64,000 bases of DNA from assembly GCA_048623775.1 (NCBI GenBank), contig JBMCXW010000005.1, positions 6,533-70,532 on the forward strand, read 5' to 3'. Within the stretch, counting starts at the first letter, position 1, and every line of letters begins with the position of its first letter. Below, piece after piece: positions 50,624-60,898 of this stretch. The translations under genes were made by a program, and so were the position numbers. The notes under the pieces are model-generated. The model was not told the DNA's origin. It ran no database searches and worked only from the letters and a program-made list of their open reading frames with translations. The DNA comes from Myxococcota bacterium. Lineage in GTDB: Bacteria; Myxococcota_A; Polyangia; Polyangiales; Houyiibacteriaceae.

Positions 50624-50914
50624 ATGCCCGAAGCCGACCCCGATCGCCTCGTTCACTGCAAGAAGCTCGACAAGGAGCTCCCGGGGCTCAAGAACCCGCC
50701 GTTTCCGACCGAGCTGGGCCAGTGGATCTACGAGAACGTCTCGAAGGAGGCGTGGGACATGTGGCTGCAGGAGAGCGTCCGCTTCATCAACACGTACCGG
50801 GTGGACCTGTCGAGCCGCGAAGGCACCGAGTTCATGATCAAGCAGCTTCGGATCTGGTTGGGCATCGAAGAAGGGGAGCTCGCCCAGACCGCGTGGACGC
50901 CGCCCGAGGAGTGA
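50624..50914 (+). CDS. yggX: Fe(II) trafficking / oxidative damage protection protein YggX
   Basis: VHCKKLDKELPGL..PPFP.ELG..IYENVSKEAW..W.....FIN.YR. Confidence 0.92.
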   Translation: MPEADPDRLVHCKKLDKELPGLKNPPFPTELGQWIYENVSKEAWDMWLQESVRFINTYRVDLSSREGTEFMIKQLRIWLGIEEGELAQTAWTPPEE

Positions 50915-51128
50915 CGGCGACCCGCCCGCGTACGGTCGGCCGTGGGCCCGCGCTGGCGACCGCCGCCGTCCTTGGGTTGGAGCGGTGAGCATGGAGCGCC
51001 GCCGGCTCGTCCTGAGGTCTTCTTCGGAGCGGCGGCGATGGGGGTGGGCTCGTTCGCAACCTTTGGCGCGAACCCGTGCGAGCGGTGCGGGGCCGTCGCC
51101 GCGCACCGCCACCACGGGACGGAGCGCC

Positions 51129-51854
51129 TCATTTCACCTTGAAGATCTCTTCCTCACCGCCCGGCTCGGTCACGAACAGTTGCAGCGCGATGTGGTGCCG
51201 GGGGCCCTGGAAGTACTCGAGCACGATGTCGTGCTCTCCGCGGTCGAGCTCGACGGTGCCGGATTTGGATTGGGGCGGGTGCTGACCGTCGTTGTCGACG
51301 ACCAGCTCGCCGTCGATCCACAGCTTGGCCCCGTCGTCGGAGACGATGCGGAACTGGTAGCTGCCCGCCTTCCGCACGCGGAAGGACCCACTGTAGACGA
51401 TACCGAACCATTCGAAGCGTTCGCTGATGCCGGGAAAGCCTTCTTCGAAGCGCCGCTCCGGCACGTCGATCTTCTTCGCGTACACCGTGCCCTCCGGCTC
51501 GAGCTCGTCGAAGTCGGGCAGACGAGGGGTGTTCTCGGGCAGGAAGTAGATGTTCCCCTGGAGCGCCCGCTTGTTCGGCTTGGTCGAGCCGAACACGGTG
51601 TCGCGCGGGGGCCCCTTGGGCGGCGGGACCGCCCGGTGGCGCGGGCGACGCCGCACTCGCCGGCCGGGCCGCTCCCGCTCGTGCCGGACGCGACGTTGCC
51701 GTTCGGCCCGTGGCTCGGCCTCCGCCACCTCGCCGCCCGAGCCGGTCGACGCCTGGCCGCTGGTGCGGGCTTCCCCGCTCGCTTCGAACGTGCAGCCGAC
51801 GGTGAGGGCCACCGCGGCCGTCAGGACATGAATCGCAGGGTTCCTGGAGCTCAT
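51129..51854 (-). CDS. PA14-domain lipoprotein
   Basis: LTVGC lipobox, Arg-rich linker. PA14 signature F.IVYSG...YQFRIVSDDGAKLWIDG.LVVDNDGQH...LEYFQGP. Confidence 0.85.
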   Translation of the reverse strand: MSSRNPAIHVLTAAVALTVGCTFEASGEARTSGQASTGSGGEVAEAEPRAERQRRVRHERERPGRRVRRRPRHRAVPPPKGPPRDTVFGSTKPNKRALQGNIYFLPENTPRLPDFDELEPEGTVYAKKIDVPERRFEEGFPGISERFEWFGIVYSGSFRVRKAGSYQFRIVSDDGAKLWIDGELVVDNDGQHPPQSKSGTVELDRGEHDIVLEYFQGPRHHIALQLFVTEPGGEEEIFKVK

Positions 51855-52039
51855 CGAAGCCTCCTCGTGTGGGGCGCGAGTGTAACCGCAGGGGGGACGG
51901 GCCGGTCCAGCCCTTCATTCACCGCACGTTTCCGGGTGGTTTCTGAAGCGTAAAAAGCGGCGCACGCCCCGCACGAGGGGCGGGACACGGGGTAGGCTGC
52001 CCGGGGCGCCGCCGGGACGCCGAAGGGAAGGGAAACGCC

Positions 52040-53092
52040 GTGTTCGTGCGCGAGGTGGTCACGGGGCAGAGGGAAGGGCGTCCCGTCCGCTATGCGCAGA
52101 TCGTCTCGTCCTACCGAAACGCCCAGGGCAAGCCGAGGCACCGGGTGGTGCTCGCGCTGGGACGGGTGGACCGGCTGGACCGGGCCCTGCTGAGGGACAT
52201 GGTGCGGGCGCTGGCGCGCTACCTCGGCGACGACGAGAACCTGGTCCGCCCGCGCGTCGAGGAGGTTCGGGAGCTGGGCCTTCCCTGGGCGGTGCACTCG
52301 GTGTGGAAGCGGTTGTCGCTGCCCGATCATCTCGCTCTGGAAGCGCGACGGCACGGTCTCGCGCCCGAGACCGAGCACGTGCTCTTCGCGCAGGTGCTCC
52401 GGACCGTCGCCTGCGGGGGTGATGCCGCTCGGGCGGACCGATGGCTGCGGTGCGAGGCCTACGCGAAGACGCCGGATGGATGGACGATCCCGCACGACGG
52501 AGATGCGGACGAGTTGCTGGCGCAGGCCGGTCCGGAGCTCGAGCGGACGCTCTTCCTGAGGCGGTCCATCGCCGACGGCCGCCTGCACGCGGCATCGCTG
52601 GACTTGCCGTCCGAGCTGCCCCGGTGCGCCGTCGCCTGCGATGCCAACGGGGTGCCCCTCGCCACGCAGGTCGCCCGCGGTGCGGACGCCCTGGGACGCC
52701 GGCTCCACCGGCGGCTCCGGGAGATGGGTGCCCGCGAGGTGCTCTGGGGCCGTGACGAAGAGGGCGGGGAGGTGTTCCCGTCGCCGGTGCACCGCACGGT
52801 GGGGCGGGTGCGGCGGGCGGTGGGCGCCTCGGTGGGGACGGGCTCGGTCGACGTGGAGGGCACCCGCGCCAGGCTCACCGCCGCGCTCCTGGCGGCGCTG
52901 GTGGTGCGTCAGCTCGAGCTCGACACCGGTCTGCCCTTCGAAGCGGTTCGCGAGCGGTTGCGGCGCCTGCACGCGGTGGCGTTGCACGACGGGTGCACCA
53001 CCCGCTGGGAGTCCGCCGCCCCGTCACCCGAAGCCAGCGAGGTCTTGCGGGCGGTCGGGCTCGATGCGGTCCCGAGGGTCCTCTGCGGGTAG
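52040..53092 (+). mobile_element. IS1634-family transposase derivative: intact ORF, shortened and apparently inactive
   Basis: N-terminus YAQIVSSYRNAQGKPRHRVVLALGRVDRL and WKRLSL are IS1634-typical. C-terminal RARLTAALLAALVVRQLE...RLRRLHAV...EVLRAVGL also fits. Only 350 aa, DDE motifs degenerate, no terminal repeats seen. Confidence 0.7.
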
Positions 53093-53115
53093 CGGGTCGG
53101 CGGCCGCGCTTGTCA

Positions 53116-53664
53116 CTACCGGCCTCGGCCGCCGCCCCGGCCTCGGCTCGGCGCCTGGCGGCCGGGGCTGCCGCCCCGGCCTCCGCGGCTCGGGGGCGCG
53201 ACCCGGCGCTCGGAAGGGGCGTCCCGGCGCGGAGGGCTCACGCGCCGGCCGGGCGCCTGCCGCCGGGGAGCCGCCTTGTGTCGCGGGGCGCCTCGTCGGT
53301 CCACCCGCTGCCGCGGAGGCGGCCCCTGGCGCACGCGCGCACCCCGGGGTGCGCGGTAGCGCACGTATCGGCGCGGATTGTCGATCCGGCGCACGCGGGG
53401 GGGGACGTATCGCGGGCCCACCCGCACCCAGCTGCGGCCGAAGGTGGCCGCGCGGTACCAGACCCCCCCGTACCACCGCCAGTAGTAGCCGTCGGCGTAG
53501 AACACGGGATAGCGGTAGTCCTCCACCACCCAGATGCCCGGGCCCAGCCACACCAGGCTCGGCGGCGAGTAGTACGCGCCGGTGCTCACGGTGGCGGCGC
53601 ATCCGCCGACGCCGAGACCCAGGGCGGCGCTCAGCAACCCCACGAGAACGGCTCTCCTGCGCAT
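53116..53664 (-). CDS. Aromatic-rich (YXWGXW-like) lipoprotein with Arg/Pro-rich tail
   Basis: MRRRAVLVGLLSAALGLGVGGC, then VFYADGYYWRWYGGVWYR. GAAAGG RBS. Confidence 0.75.
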   Translation of the reverse strand: MRRRAVLVGLLSAALGLGVGGCAATVSTGAYYSPPSLVWLGPGIWVVEDYRYPVFYADGYYWRWYGGVWYRAATFGRSWVRVGPRYVPPRVRRIDNPRRYVRYRAPRGARVRQGPPPRQRVDRRGAPRHKAAPRRQAPGRRVSPPRRDAPSERRVAPPSRGGRGGSPGRQAPSRGRGGGRGR

Positions 53665-53740
53665 CTCGACTGCCTTTCTTTCCGGGCCCCCGCCTGCGGG
53701 TGGTCCCGAGCCCCAATGATAAGCACACCGCGCCCGTCCG

Positions 53741-55690
53741 TCAGTCGGGGGCATCCGTGGAGGGGGCACCCTGCGCGTGGCGGCGGATGACGGCCAGCAG
53801 GGCATCCCCCCACCGCTCGAGCCGGGCCGGCCCCATCCCGTGCACGGTGGCCAGGCCTGCCCGCGTCGTCGGCCGGTCCGAGGCCATGTGGGCCAGAGTG
53901 CGGTCGTGGCACACCATGTAGGCCGGCAGACCCCGTTCCTGCGCCAGGCGCCGTCGCTCGGCGCGGAGCGCCTCGAAGAGGGCCGCGTCGGCGGCGTCCA
54001 GGCGCGCCAGCGCGCCGGGTGCCGAGGCAGGCCGGCGCGATGTCGGGGGGGCCTGGCGGCGATCCGCATCGGCGTCCGCGTCGTCATCCTCGGGCAGCAG
54101 TAGGCGCACCGGCGCTTCGCCCTTCATCGCCAGAACGCCCCGCGGTGTGAGCCGCACCACCGGGGAGCGCTCGCCCTCCAAGTCGACCAGCCCCGCCGTG
54201 AGCAGCCGCCGGAGAAGGGCCAGGATCCACGTGTCGGATCGCTCCGCCAGCACGCCGTGCGTGCTCAGCGCTTCGAGTCCCAGCTTGCGCTGTCGAGCGG
54301 AGCGCACGCCCCTCAGCATGTCCGCCACGGCGCGCAGGCCCGCCCGCCCCTGCGCGCGGGCCACCCCCGACAGGGCCTTGCGCACCACCAGGGCGTCCTC
54401 TTCGGTGACGGCGCGCTCGTCCGCGCCCTCGCCCCGTCGTTCGAGCCGCTCGCACACGTCGCAGTGGCCGCAGCCGCCGAGCGTCTCCTGCTCGTCGCCG
54501 AAATACCGGAGGATGAAGTCGTGCCGGCAGCTTCCCGCCTCCACGTACCGCATGAGGTCGAGGAATAGGGCCCACTGGCGGGCGGCCCGCTCGCGGTTTG
54601 CGGCACCGTCGCCGCCGTTGCCTTCGATGAGACGGCGCCGCAGCCCGAAGTCGGTGGAGGAGGTGAGCAGCAGCCCGGTCGCCTCTTGACCGTCACGGCC
54701 GGCGCGCCCCACCTCCTGGTACAGCTCCTCGATGGAGCCCGGCGCCTGGGTGTGCACCACGAGCCGGATGTCGGGCCGGTCGATGCCCATGCCGAAGGCG
54801 GTCGTCGCCGCCACCACGTGGAGCTCCCGCGCCGCGAAGCGTCGGCTCACGTCCGCGCGCTCCTCCGGTGGCAGGCCCGCGTGGTACGCCGCCGCGCGCC
54901 AACCGGCCCGCTCCGCTTCCTGCGCCATGCGTTCGCTCCCCTTGCGGGTGCCGGCGTAGACGATGGCGCCGCCCCGCGGCCACTGCGGCTCCCCGAGCGC
55001 CCGTGCCAGGGCAGCCAGCGCTTCGTTGCGCCGGTCGCGAGGGCGCTCCACGTGGCGCGCCGAAAGGTGCAGGTTGGGCCGCGCGAAGCCGCGGAGCACC
55101 AGGCGGGTGCCGCGCGGGTCGAGCCCCAGGCGCTGCAGGATCTCGTCGCGCACGACCGGCGTGGCGGTGGCCGTGCATGCCACCGTGCGCGGCGGCGCGA
55201 GCCGCGCGAGGATGCCGCCCAGGCGCAGGTAGTCGGGCCGGAAATCGTGGCCCCATTGGGAGATGCAGTGCGCCTCGTCGATGGCGACCAGGGGGGGCGA
55301 CAAGCTCGCCAGCAGGGCGAGCACCCGATCCGATGCCAGCGCCTCGGGTGCCACGTACACCAGCCGGTAGCGGCCGGCCGCAAGCGCGCGTTCGCGACGC
55401 AGCCGCTCGTCCCGATCGAGCGACGACGCCAGGAACGTCGCGGCGATGCTGCGTTCCTGGAGCGACCGCACCTGGTCCTCCATGAGCGCGATGAGCGGCG
55501 AGATGACCACCGTCGTGCCCGGCAGCTCGCTCGCGGGAAACTGGTAGCAGAGGGACTTGCCGCCCCCGGTGGGCGCGACCACGAGGACCCGCCCCGACCC
55601 TTCGAGCACCTCCCGCACGGCCTCCTCTTGCCACGGCCGGAAGGCCGGCAGCCCGAACCGCTCCTCAAGCCGTCGATCGAGGTCGCCCAT
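53741..55690 (-). CDS. recQ: RecQ family ATP-dependent DNA helicase (with RQC and HRDC domains)
   Basis: FGLPAFRPWQ, PTGGGKSLCYQ, DEAHCISQWGHDFRPDY, YHAGL, AFGMGID, QEVGRAGRDG, CRH...CGHCDVC, HRDC LRAERRRLA. Confidence 0.95.
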   Translation of the reverse strand: MGDLDRRLEERFGLPAFRPWQEEAVREVLEGSGRVLVVAPTGGGKSLCYQFPASELPGTTVVISPLIALMEDQVRSLQERSIAATFLASSLDRDERLRRERALAAGRYRLVYVAPEALASDRVLALLASLSPPLVAIDEAHCISQWGHDFRPDYLRLGGILARLAPPRTVACTATATPVVRDEILQRLGLDPRGTRLVLRGFARPNLHLSARHVERPRDRRNEALAALARALGEPQWPRGGAIVYAGTRKGSERMAQEAERAGWRAAAYHAGLPPEERADVSRRFAARELHVVAATTAFGMGIDRPDIRLVVHTQAPGSIEELYQEVGRAGRDGQEATGLLLTSSTDFGLRRRLIEGNGGDGAANRERAARQWALFLDLMRYVEAGSCRHDFILRYFGDEQETLGGCGHCDVCERLERRGEGADERAVTEEDALVVRKALSGVARAQGRAGLRAVADMLRGVRSARQRKLGLEALSTHGVLAERSDTWILALLRRLLTAGLVDLEGERSPVVRLTPRGVLAMKGEAPVRLLLPEDDDADADADRRQAPPTSRRPASAPGALARLDAADAALFEALRAERRRLAQERGLPAYMVCHDRTLAHMASDRPTTRAGLATVHGMGPARLERWGDALLAVIRRHAQGAPSTDAPD

Positions 55691-55797
55691 GCGCCCGAGC
55701 CACTGTATGCCGCCGCCGCTGCCGTCGCCACCGCGCACACGGGCGACGGTCGCCCCTCCCGCATCGGCCGGTGGCGGCCGTCGGTTGCGTGCGGGTC

Positions 55798-57987
55798 TCA
55801 CGGCGGGTTGCGCCGATCGGGCGGAGGTCCCTCGAGCACCTCGCGCACCTTGGCCGTGAGGGCCTCGGGGGTGAACGGCTTCTGGAGCAGGGGGACGCCC
55901 TCCCGCTCGGTGGCGGCCTTGCCCGTGTAGCCCGATACGATGAGGGCGCGCATGGCGGGGCGTCGCACCAGCAGTCGATCGATGAGGTGGTTGCCCCGGA
56001 TGCCCGGCATGACCGCGTCGGTGACCAGAAGATGGATCTCCCCCGGATGGGCGTTCGCCACCTCCAGGGCGTGGCGCCCGTCCCGCGCTTCGAGCACCTC
56101 GTAGCCGGCATCGCGCAGGATGCGCACGGCGAGCCGCCGCACCAGCTCGTCGTCCTCCGCGAGCAGGATCGTCTCGTGGCGTGTGCCGGTCGTGCGTTCC
56201 CGGGGCCGCGGTGGCTCCGCGGGGCCGACGGCGGCGGGGAAGTACAACCGCACGAGGGTGCCCTTGCCGGGCTCCGTCTCCACGTCGACCGTGCCCCCGC
56301 TCTGCTCGACGATCCCGATGGTGGTCGAAAGCCCCAGCCCCGTTCCCTTGCCCGGCTCCTTCGTCGTGAAGAACGGATCGAACATGCGGGACCGGGTGGC
56401 CTCGTCCATGCCGACGCCGGTGTCGACGACCTCCAGCACTGCATGATGGCCCCCGGCCGGCAGGCCGAGCAGCTCGGCGTCCGAGCTCGAAAGCTCCGCC
56501 GGCCGCGTTCGCAGTGTCAGGCGGCCCCCCTGCGGCATGGCGTCCCTGGCATTGAGCGCCAGATTGATCACCACCTGATCGATCTGCCCCCGATCGGCCT
56601 GGATGTGCGGCACCTCGGGATGCAGATCGAGGGCGATCTCGATGTCCTCGCCGATGACCCGCCGCAACATTTGCACCCCGGATTCCACCATCCGGTTGAG
56701 GTCGAGCCGACGGGGCTGCAGCATTTGCCGTCTTCCGAAGGCCAGGAGCTGCCGGGTCAGGCTGGTCCCGCGCTCGGCGGCCGCCGCCACCTCGTCCAGG
56801 TGGGAGTGCAGGTCCGTCTCCTGCGGAAGCCGCTTTCGGATGAGCGCGATCGTCGCCACCACCACGGTGAGCAGGTTGTTGAAGTCGTGGGCGATCCCCC
56901 CCGCGAGCAGCCCGATGGCCTCGAGTCGTTGCCGGTGCCGGAGCTGCGCCTCGAGCGCCTTCGCGTGCTCGCGGCGCCGCACCTCCTCGGTCACGTCCTG
57001 CAGGGTCAGCTCCACGAGGGATATGCCGTCGCGGCTGAAGGAGCGGGCGGACACTTCCAGGACGCGAGGGTCGCCGTCGACGGTGGGCAACGACCACTCC
57101 TGGGAGACCACGGGCTGTCCCTCCCGCGCCTTTCGCAGGGCCTCCCGCCAACAGTCCGCCACCCCGGCCGGAAGCTCCAGCGCCTCGAAGAGGTTCCGTT
57201 CGAGGACGTCCGAGGCGGGTCGACCGGTGACCCGCTCCGCCTCGGGATTGAACGCCTGCACCGTGTCGTCCTCCGCGAGCAGCACGATGCCGAGCGGGGA
57301 CTCGCGGATCAGCTCCGCCAGCTTCCGTTCGCTCGTCCGGAGCGCCGCTTCCTTCTCCGCCCCCCGGACCAGGGCTTGGCGCAGTTGCATCAGCCCGATC
57401 CCGAGCACCACGGCGATGAACAGGTGGGTCGATGCGACGGTCATCAACGATGGAAGGGGCCCGTAGGTCATGCGTGCGTCCGGCAGCAGCCCATGGACCT
57501 CCAGCAGGTAGGCCATGATCAAGAGGAGGGCGTTCAAGGCCGCGTAGGCGACCGCCGGACCCATGCCGAGCACCAACCCTGCCACCAGGACCACCGATAC
57601 GAGCGCGGCGGAGCTGGGGGAGCGGATTCCTTCCGAGAAGAAGATGGACGTGGCAATGACGGCCCACAGACCCACCGTGAACAGGTGGGCGGCCGCAGCA
57701 GCATGGCCGCGGCGAAGGATCCACTGGCTGAGCCCGATGAACGCGAGCAGCGCCGCGGCGAAGCCCAGCCGATACGTGGGAGCGGGGTCCCCCAGGAGAT
57801 TGACGGCGACGATGAAGACCAGCGCGACGGTCACCCACAGGGAAACGACGTGGAGCACCAGCGTGGGGCGGCCGGGCGCTGCTTCGAGTGCCCAGCCCTG
57901 CCGGAGCCGCTGGCCGGCGGCGGCCAGACGCATCCGAATCGCGCCGACGATGCGCGGGCGTTCCCCCATGGGCACGTGCTTCTCCAT
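55798..57987 (-). CDS. Membrane hybrid sensor histidine kinase (TM-PAS-HisKA-HATPase-REC)
   Basis: LAGGIAHDFNNLL, INLALNARDAM, DTGVGM, FFTTKEPGKGTGLGL, REC ILLAEDD...TDAVMPG...LQKPF. Confidence 0.93.
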   Translation of the reverse strand: MEKHVPMGERPRIVGAIRMRLAAAGQRLRQGWALEAAPGRPTLVLHVVSLWVTVALVFIVAVNLLGDPAPTYRLGFAAALLAFIGLSQWILRRGHAAAAAHLFTVGLWAVIATSIFFSEGIRSPSSAALVSVVLVAGLVLGMGPAVAYAALNALLLIMAYLLEVHGLLPDARMTYGPLPSLMTVASTHLFIAVVLGIGLMQLRQALVRGAEKEAALRTSERKLAELIRESPLGIVLLAEDDTVQAFNPEAERVTGRPASDVLERNLFEALELPAGVADCWREALRKAREGQPVVSQEWSLPTVDGDPRVLEVSARSFSRDGISLVELTLQDVTEEVRRREHAKALEAQLRHRQRLEAIGLLAGGIAHDFNNLLTVVVATIALIRKRLPQETDLHSHLDEVAAAAERGTSLTRQLLAFGRRQMLQPRRLDLNRMVESGVQMLRRVIGEDIEIALDLHPEVPHIQADRGQIDQVVINLALNARDAMPQGGRLTLRTRPAELSSSDAELLGLPAGGHHAVLEVVDTGVGMDEATRSRMFDPFFTTKEPGKGTGLGLSTTIGIVEQSGGTVDVETEPGKGTLVRLYFPAAVGPAEPPRPRERTTGTRHETILLAEDDELVRRLAVRILRDAGYEVLEARDGRHALEVANAHPGEIHLLVTDAVMPGIRGNHLIDRLLVRRPAMRALIVSGYTGKAATEREGVPLLQKPFTPEALTAKVREVLEGPPPDRRNPP

Positions 57988-58085
57988 GAACGCCGGTGCC
58001 GCAACCGGTCGGCCTGCCTTTTGACTGGCCTGCAAAGTTCGGACGTGGAGATCCGGGGCCGGGCTGCCGTACCATCGCGGTCCAC

Positions 58086-60257
58086 ATGCGTCGGAAGGGA
58101 AGCATGCTGGCCCCGCTCCTGGGGCTCGTTCTCGCGGGCTGCGGGGGGAGCGCCGTGTCCATGCCCTCCTCCCGTTCGGTGGCCCCCGTGGCGGGACCCA
58201 TGCGCGGGGGCGCGGCGGCGGCGGACATCACCCCGCCCGCCGGGCTCGCCCTTTTCGGTCACGGACCGGAGGCGCGCATGGCGGCGGGCCATCGCGGCCG
58301 GCTGCGGTGCCGGGCCCTCGTGCTGGAGCAGGGCGATGCGCTGGCGCTGGTGACCTGCGATCTGGCGGCGGTGTCCATGCTGCTGCACCGGGAGGTGGGC
58401 GTTCGCACGGCCGCGGCGGTAGGCATCGGTGCCGATCGGCTGGTGTTGTCGGCGACCCACACGCACGCCGGGTTCGCCCACTACTTCGGCGCCTCCGCTT
58501 ACAACGGGAGCGCGAGCACCCAGCGGGCGGGCTTCGATCCGGACGTGCTGCGATGGCTCGCCGACCGCATCGCCGATGCGGTGGTCCGGGCCGCGGAGCG
58601 GGCGCGGCGCGGCGCGCCGGTGGTGGCACGGTGGACCCACGCGCCGGTGGAGGGGGCCCTGTCCAGGAATCGCAGCACCTGTGCCCATTGCCGCAACGCC
58701 GACCCGATGGTGGGCGGCGCCAGCACCTGCCCGTCCCCGCCGCGGCCACTGCCCGCCGGGGACGATGCGCCGCGGCGTTGCCTGGATCGCGGCGCCGATC
58801 CTGCACGCGAGGTGGATCGGACCCTCTCCGTGCTTCGGGTCGATCGCACGACGCCGAACGGGCCGCGGCCGATCGCGCTGTACGCCGTGTTCCCCGTCCA
58901 CCCCACGGTGGTTCCCAACGGCAACGACCTGTATCACGCGGACTTGTTCGGGTTCGCCACCCGGCGCGTGGAGGCGGCCCTGCGTCGCCGGGCGCCAGCG
59001 GACGAGCCCTTCGTGGCGCTGCTCGCCAACGGCCACGAGGGCGACGTGTCGCCCGCCTACGAGCGCCAGGGCTGGCCGGAGGCGCGGAGGTTGGGCGACG
59101 CGCTCGGTGGCGCGCTGCTCGACGCGCATGCCGGTCTGGCGCAGGGCCTCGCGCCGCTTCCGGTCACCGTGGCCTACGGGGAAGCGGAGCTGCCCGAAGC
59201 GCGGGTGCCGGGACCCGATGGTGGCCCGGCGGGCCGGCTGTGCGCGCAGGCCGAGCCGGGGACCGCGTCATTCGGCGGCGCCGAGGACGGACCGACCAAC
59301 CTGGCCTGCTGGCCCACCTTCCGCGAGGGCAGCGCCACGCGCCGCTGGACGGACGACTGCCACTCGCCCAAGCGCAGCCTGCTCTTCCGCATTCCGCGGC
59401 GGCTCGCGCTCGACGAGCACAGCTTTCCCACCGTGGCCCCCATGCACGTGGCGCGGGTGGGCCACACCCTGCTCGCCACCGTGCCGGGTGAGGTGACCAC
59501 GACCGCCGGCCTGCGCCTCCGGCGCCACCTCCGGTCGCGGGGCGATGACGTGGAGGACGTGGCCATGGTGGGGCTCGCCGGCGGATACCTGCAGTACATC
59601 ACGACGGCGGCGGAATACTCGGCCCAGCACTACGAGGGGGCGTCCACCCTGTACGGGCCGTGGACGTTCGGATTCTTCGCCGATCGGCTCGGCCAGCTCG
59701 ACCGCGCGCTCCGAGGGGAGCCCCTCGAGGGCGATTGGGCGCTCGACGAGGCGCCGGAGCGATCGCTGCGCCCGGGGGTTGCGCAGGTGCGGTGGCCCCG
59801 CCCCCCGGCACGGGTTCCCGCGCCCCGACTCGCGGCGCGGCACTTCGACCGCACCTCCTGCGGAGCGCGCTTCACCGTTGCCTGGCGTGGGGGCCATCCC
59901 GGCCAGCTCCAGCCGGCGGGAAAGGCGCTCGTGCGGGTGGAGCGGTGGGACGGATCGGGGGCGTGGTCGCCGGTCCGCACCGCCACGGGGACGCCGGCGG
60001 ATGACCGCGACCCGGAGGTGGTGCTCCACGGCGCGCCGCTCCCGGCAGGCTCGCGTGCCGATCCCCTGGTGGCGGAGCCCGAGTCGGCTTGGCTGTGGAC
60101 GGCAGCCTGGACACCGGCCTGCGCCCCCGGTGCCCCGCGTTGTGAGCTGCCGGCCGGGGTCTACCGCTTCCGCATTCGCACCGCCGCTGGAGTCACGCTC
60201 CAGTCGGCCCCGTGGAAGCTGCGCTCGCCGGTGGAGATCCACTGCTGGCAGCCATGA
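58086..60257 (+). CDS. Neutral/alkaline ceramidase-family lipoprotein
   Basis: VLAGC lipobox. GAAAADITP, LSATHTHAG, FPVHPT, NGHEGDVSP, VPGEVTT, YEGASTLYGP. Confidence 0.88.
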   Translation: MRRKGSMLAPLLGLVLAGCGGSAVSMPSSRSVAPVAGPMRGGAAAADITPPAGLALFGHGPEARMAAGHRGRLRCRALVLEQGDALALVTCDLAAVSMLLHREVGVRTAAAVGIGADRLVLSATHTHAGFAHYFGASAYNGSASTQRAGFDPDVLRWLADRIADAVVRAAERARRGAPVVARWTHAPVEGALSRNRSTCAHCRNADPMVGGASTCPSPPRPLPAGDDAPRRCLDRGADPAREVDRTLSVLRVDRTTPNGPRPIALYAVFPVHPTVVPNGNDLYHADLFGFATRRVEAALRRRAPADEPFVALLANGHEGDVSPAYERQGWPEARRLGDALGGALLDAHAGLAQGLAPLPVTVAYGEAELPEARVPGPDGGPAGRLCAQAEPGTASFGGAEDGPTNLACWPTFREGSATRRWTDDCHSPKRSLLFRIPRRLALDEHSFPTVAPMHVARVGHTLLATVPGEVTTTAGLRLRRHLRSRGDDVEDVAMVGLAGGYLQYITTAAEYSAQHYEGASTLYGPWTFGFFADRLGQLDRALRGEPLEGDWALDEAPERSLRPGVAQVRWPRPPARVPAPRLAARHFDRTSCGARFTVAWRGGHPGQLQPAGKALVRVERWDGSGAWSPVRTATGTPADDRDPEVVLHGAPLPAGSRADPLVAEPESAWLWTAAWTPACAPGAPRCELPAGVYRFRIRTAAGVTLQSAPWKLRSPVEIHCWQP

Positions 60258-60312
60258 GGCGGTGCAATGAGCCTGGCCCTTTGCGGGGGGAATGGATTAC
60301 CCTCGGTCGCCG

Positions 60313-60870
60313 ATGACGGGCGCCGGACGGCTGGCGGGGAGCCTCGTGGTGGACCAGCGGGAGACCTTGCGGGTCCTGCTCGGGGACGACGGGTATGGGC
60401 GCGTGCTCGATGCGGTGCCCCGGGAGGCACGCGAGGAGTACGAGCAGGCCCTCGGCGTGTCGTGGGTCCCGACCGAAGTGGTCGACGAGGTGGTGAGGAC
60501 GGCCGCGCGCTACGTGGGCAGGCCCCTGCTCGAGTTCCACAGCGACCTCACCCGCCGCAATCTCGAGCGTACGCTGCGCGGGATCTGGCGGGTGCTCCTG
60601 CGCTTCACGAGCGATCAGGCGCTGATTCAACGCACGCCGGTGTTCTACCGCAAGAGTTACGACACGGGTGCCCTGGAAGGCTCCATACCCGAGCCCGGGC
60701 ACGCCGTCTCGACGCTCCGCGGCTACCCCGGCATCTCCGACGTCCAGCTCACCGGGTTGCGCGTGGGCATCGAGACGGTGCTGTCGATGGCGGGCCGTCT
60801 CGACGTGCGCGGGAGGCACCGGCGCACCGCGGACGGCGCCGTGATCGATTGCTTCTGGGCGGAGCGGTGA
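60313..60870 (+). CDS. Myxobacterial DUF2378/TIGR02265-like protein (H-NOX/V4R-like fold)
   Basis: Pattern LG......VL..VP...R.......SWVP ... IWRVLLR ... YRKSYDTG ... C.W is typical of this expanded myxobacterial family. Confidence 0.55.
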   Translation: MTGAGRLAGSLVVDQRETLRVLLGDDGYGRVLDAVPREAREEYEQALGVSWVPTEVVDEVVRTAARYVGRPLLEFHSDLTRRNLERTLRGIWRVLLRFTSDQALIQRTPVFYRKSYDTGALEGSIPEPGHAVSTLRGYPGISDVQLTGLRVGIETVLSMAGRLDVRGRHRRTADGAVIDCFWAER

Positions 60871-60898
60871 GCGCTGCCGAGAGAGAGGGGACCTGCAC

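Noticed and set aside
53741-58231. Apparent 1496-aa RecQ fusion
   Set aside because: The N-terminal ~850 aa are an out-of-frame read of the hybrid kinase gene. RecQ homology starts at ATG 55690.
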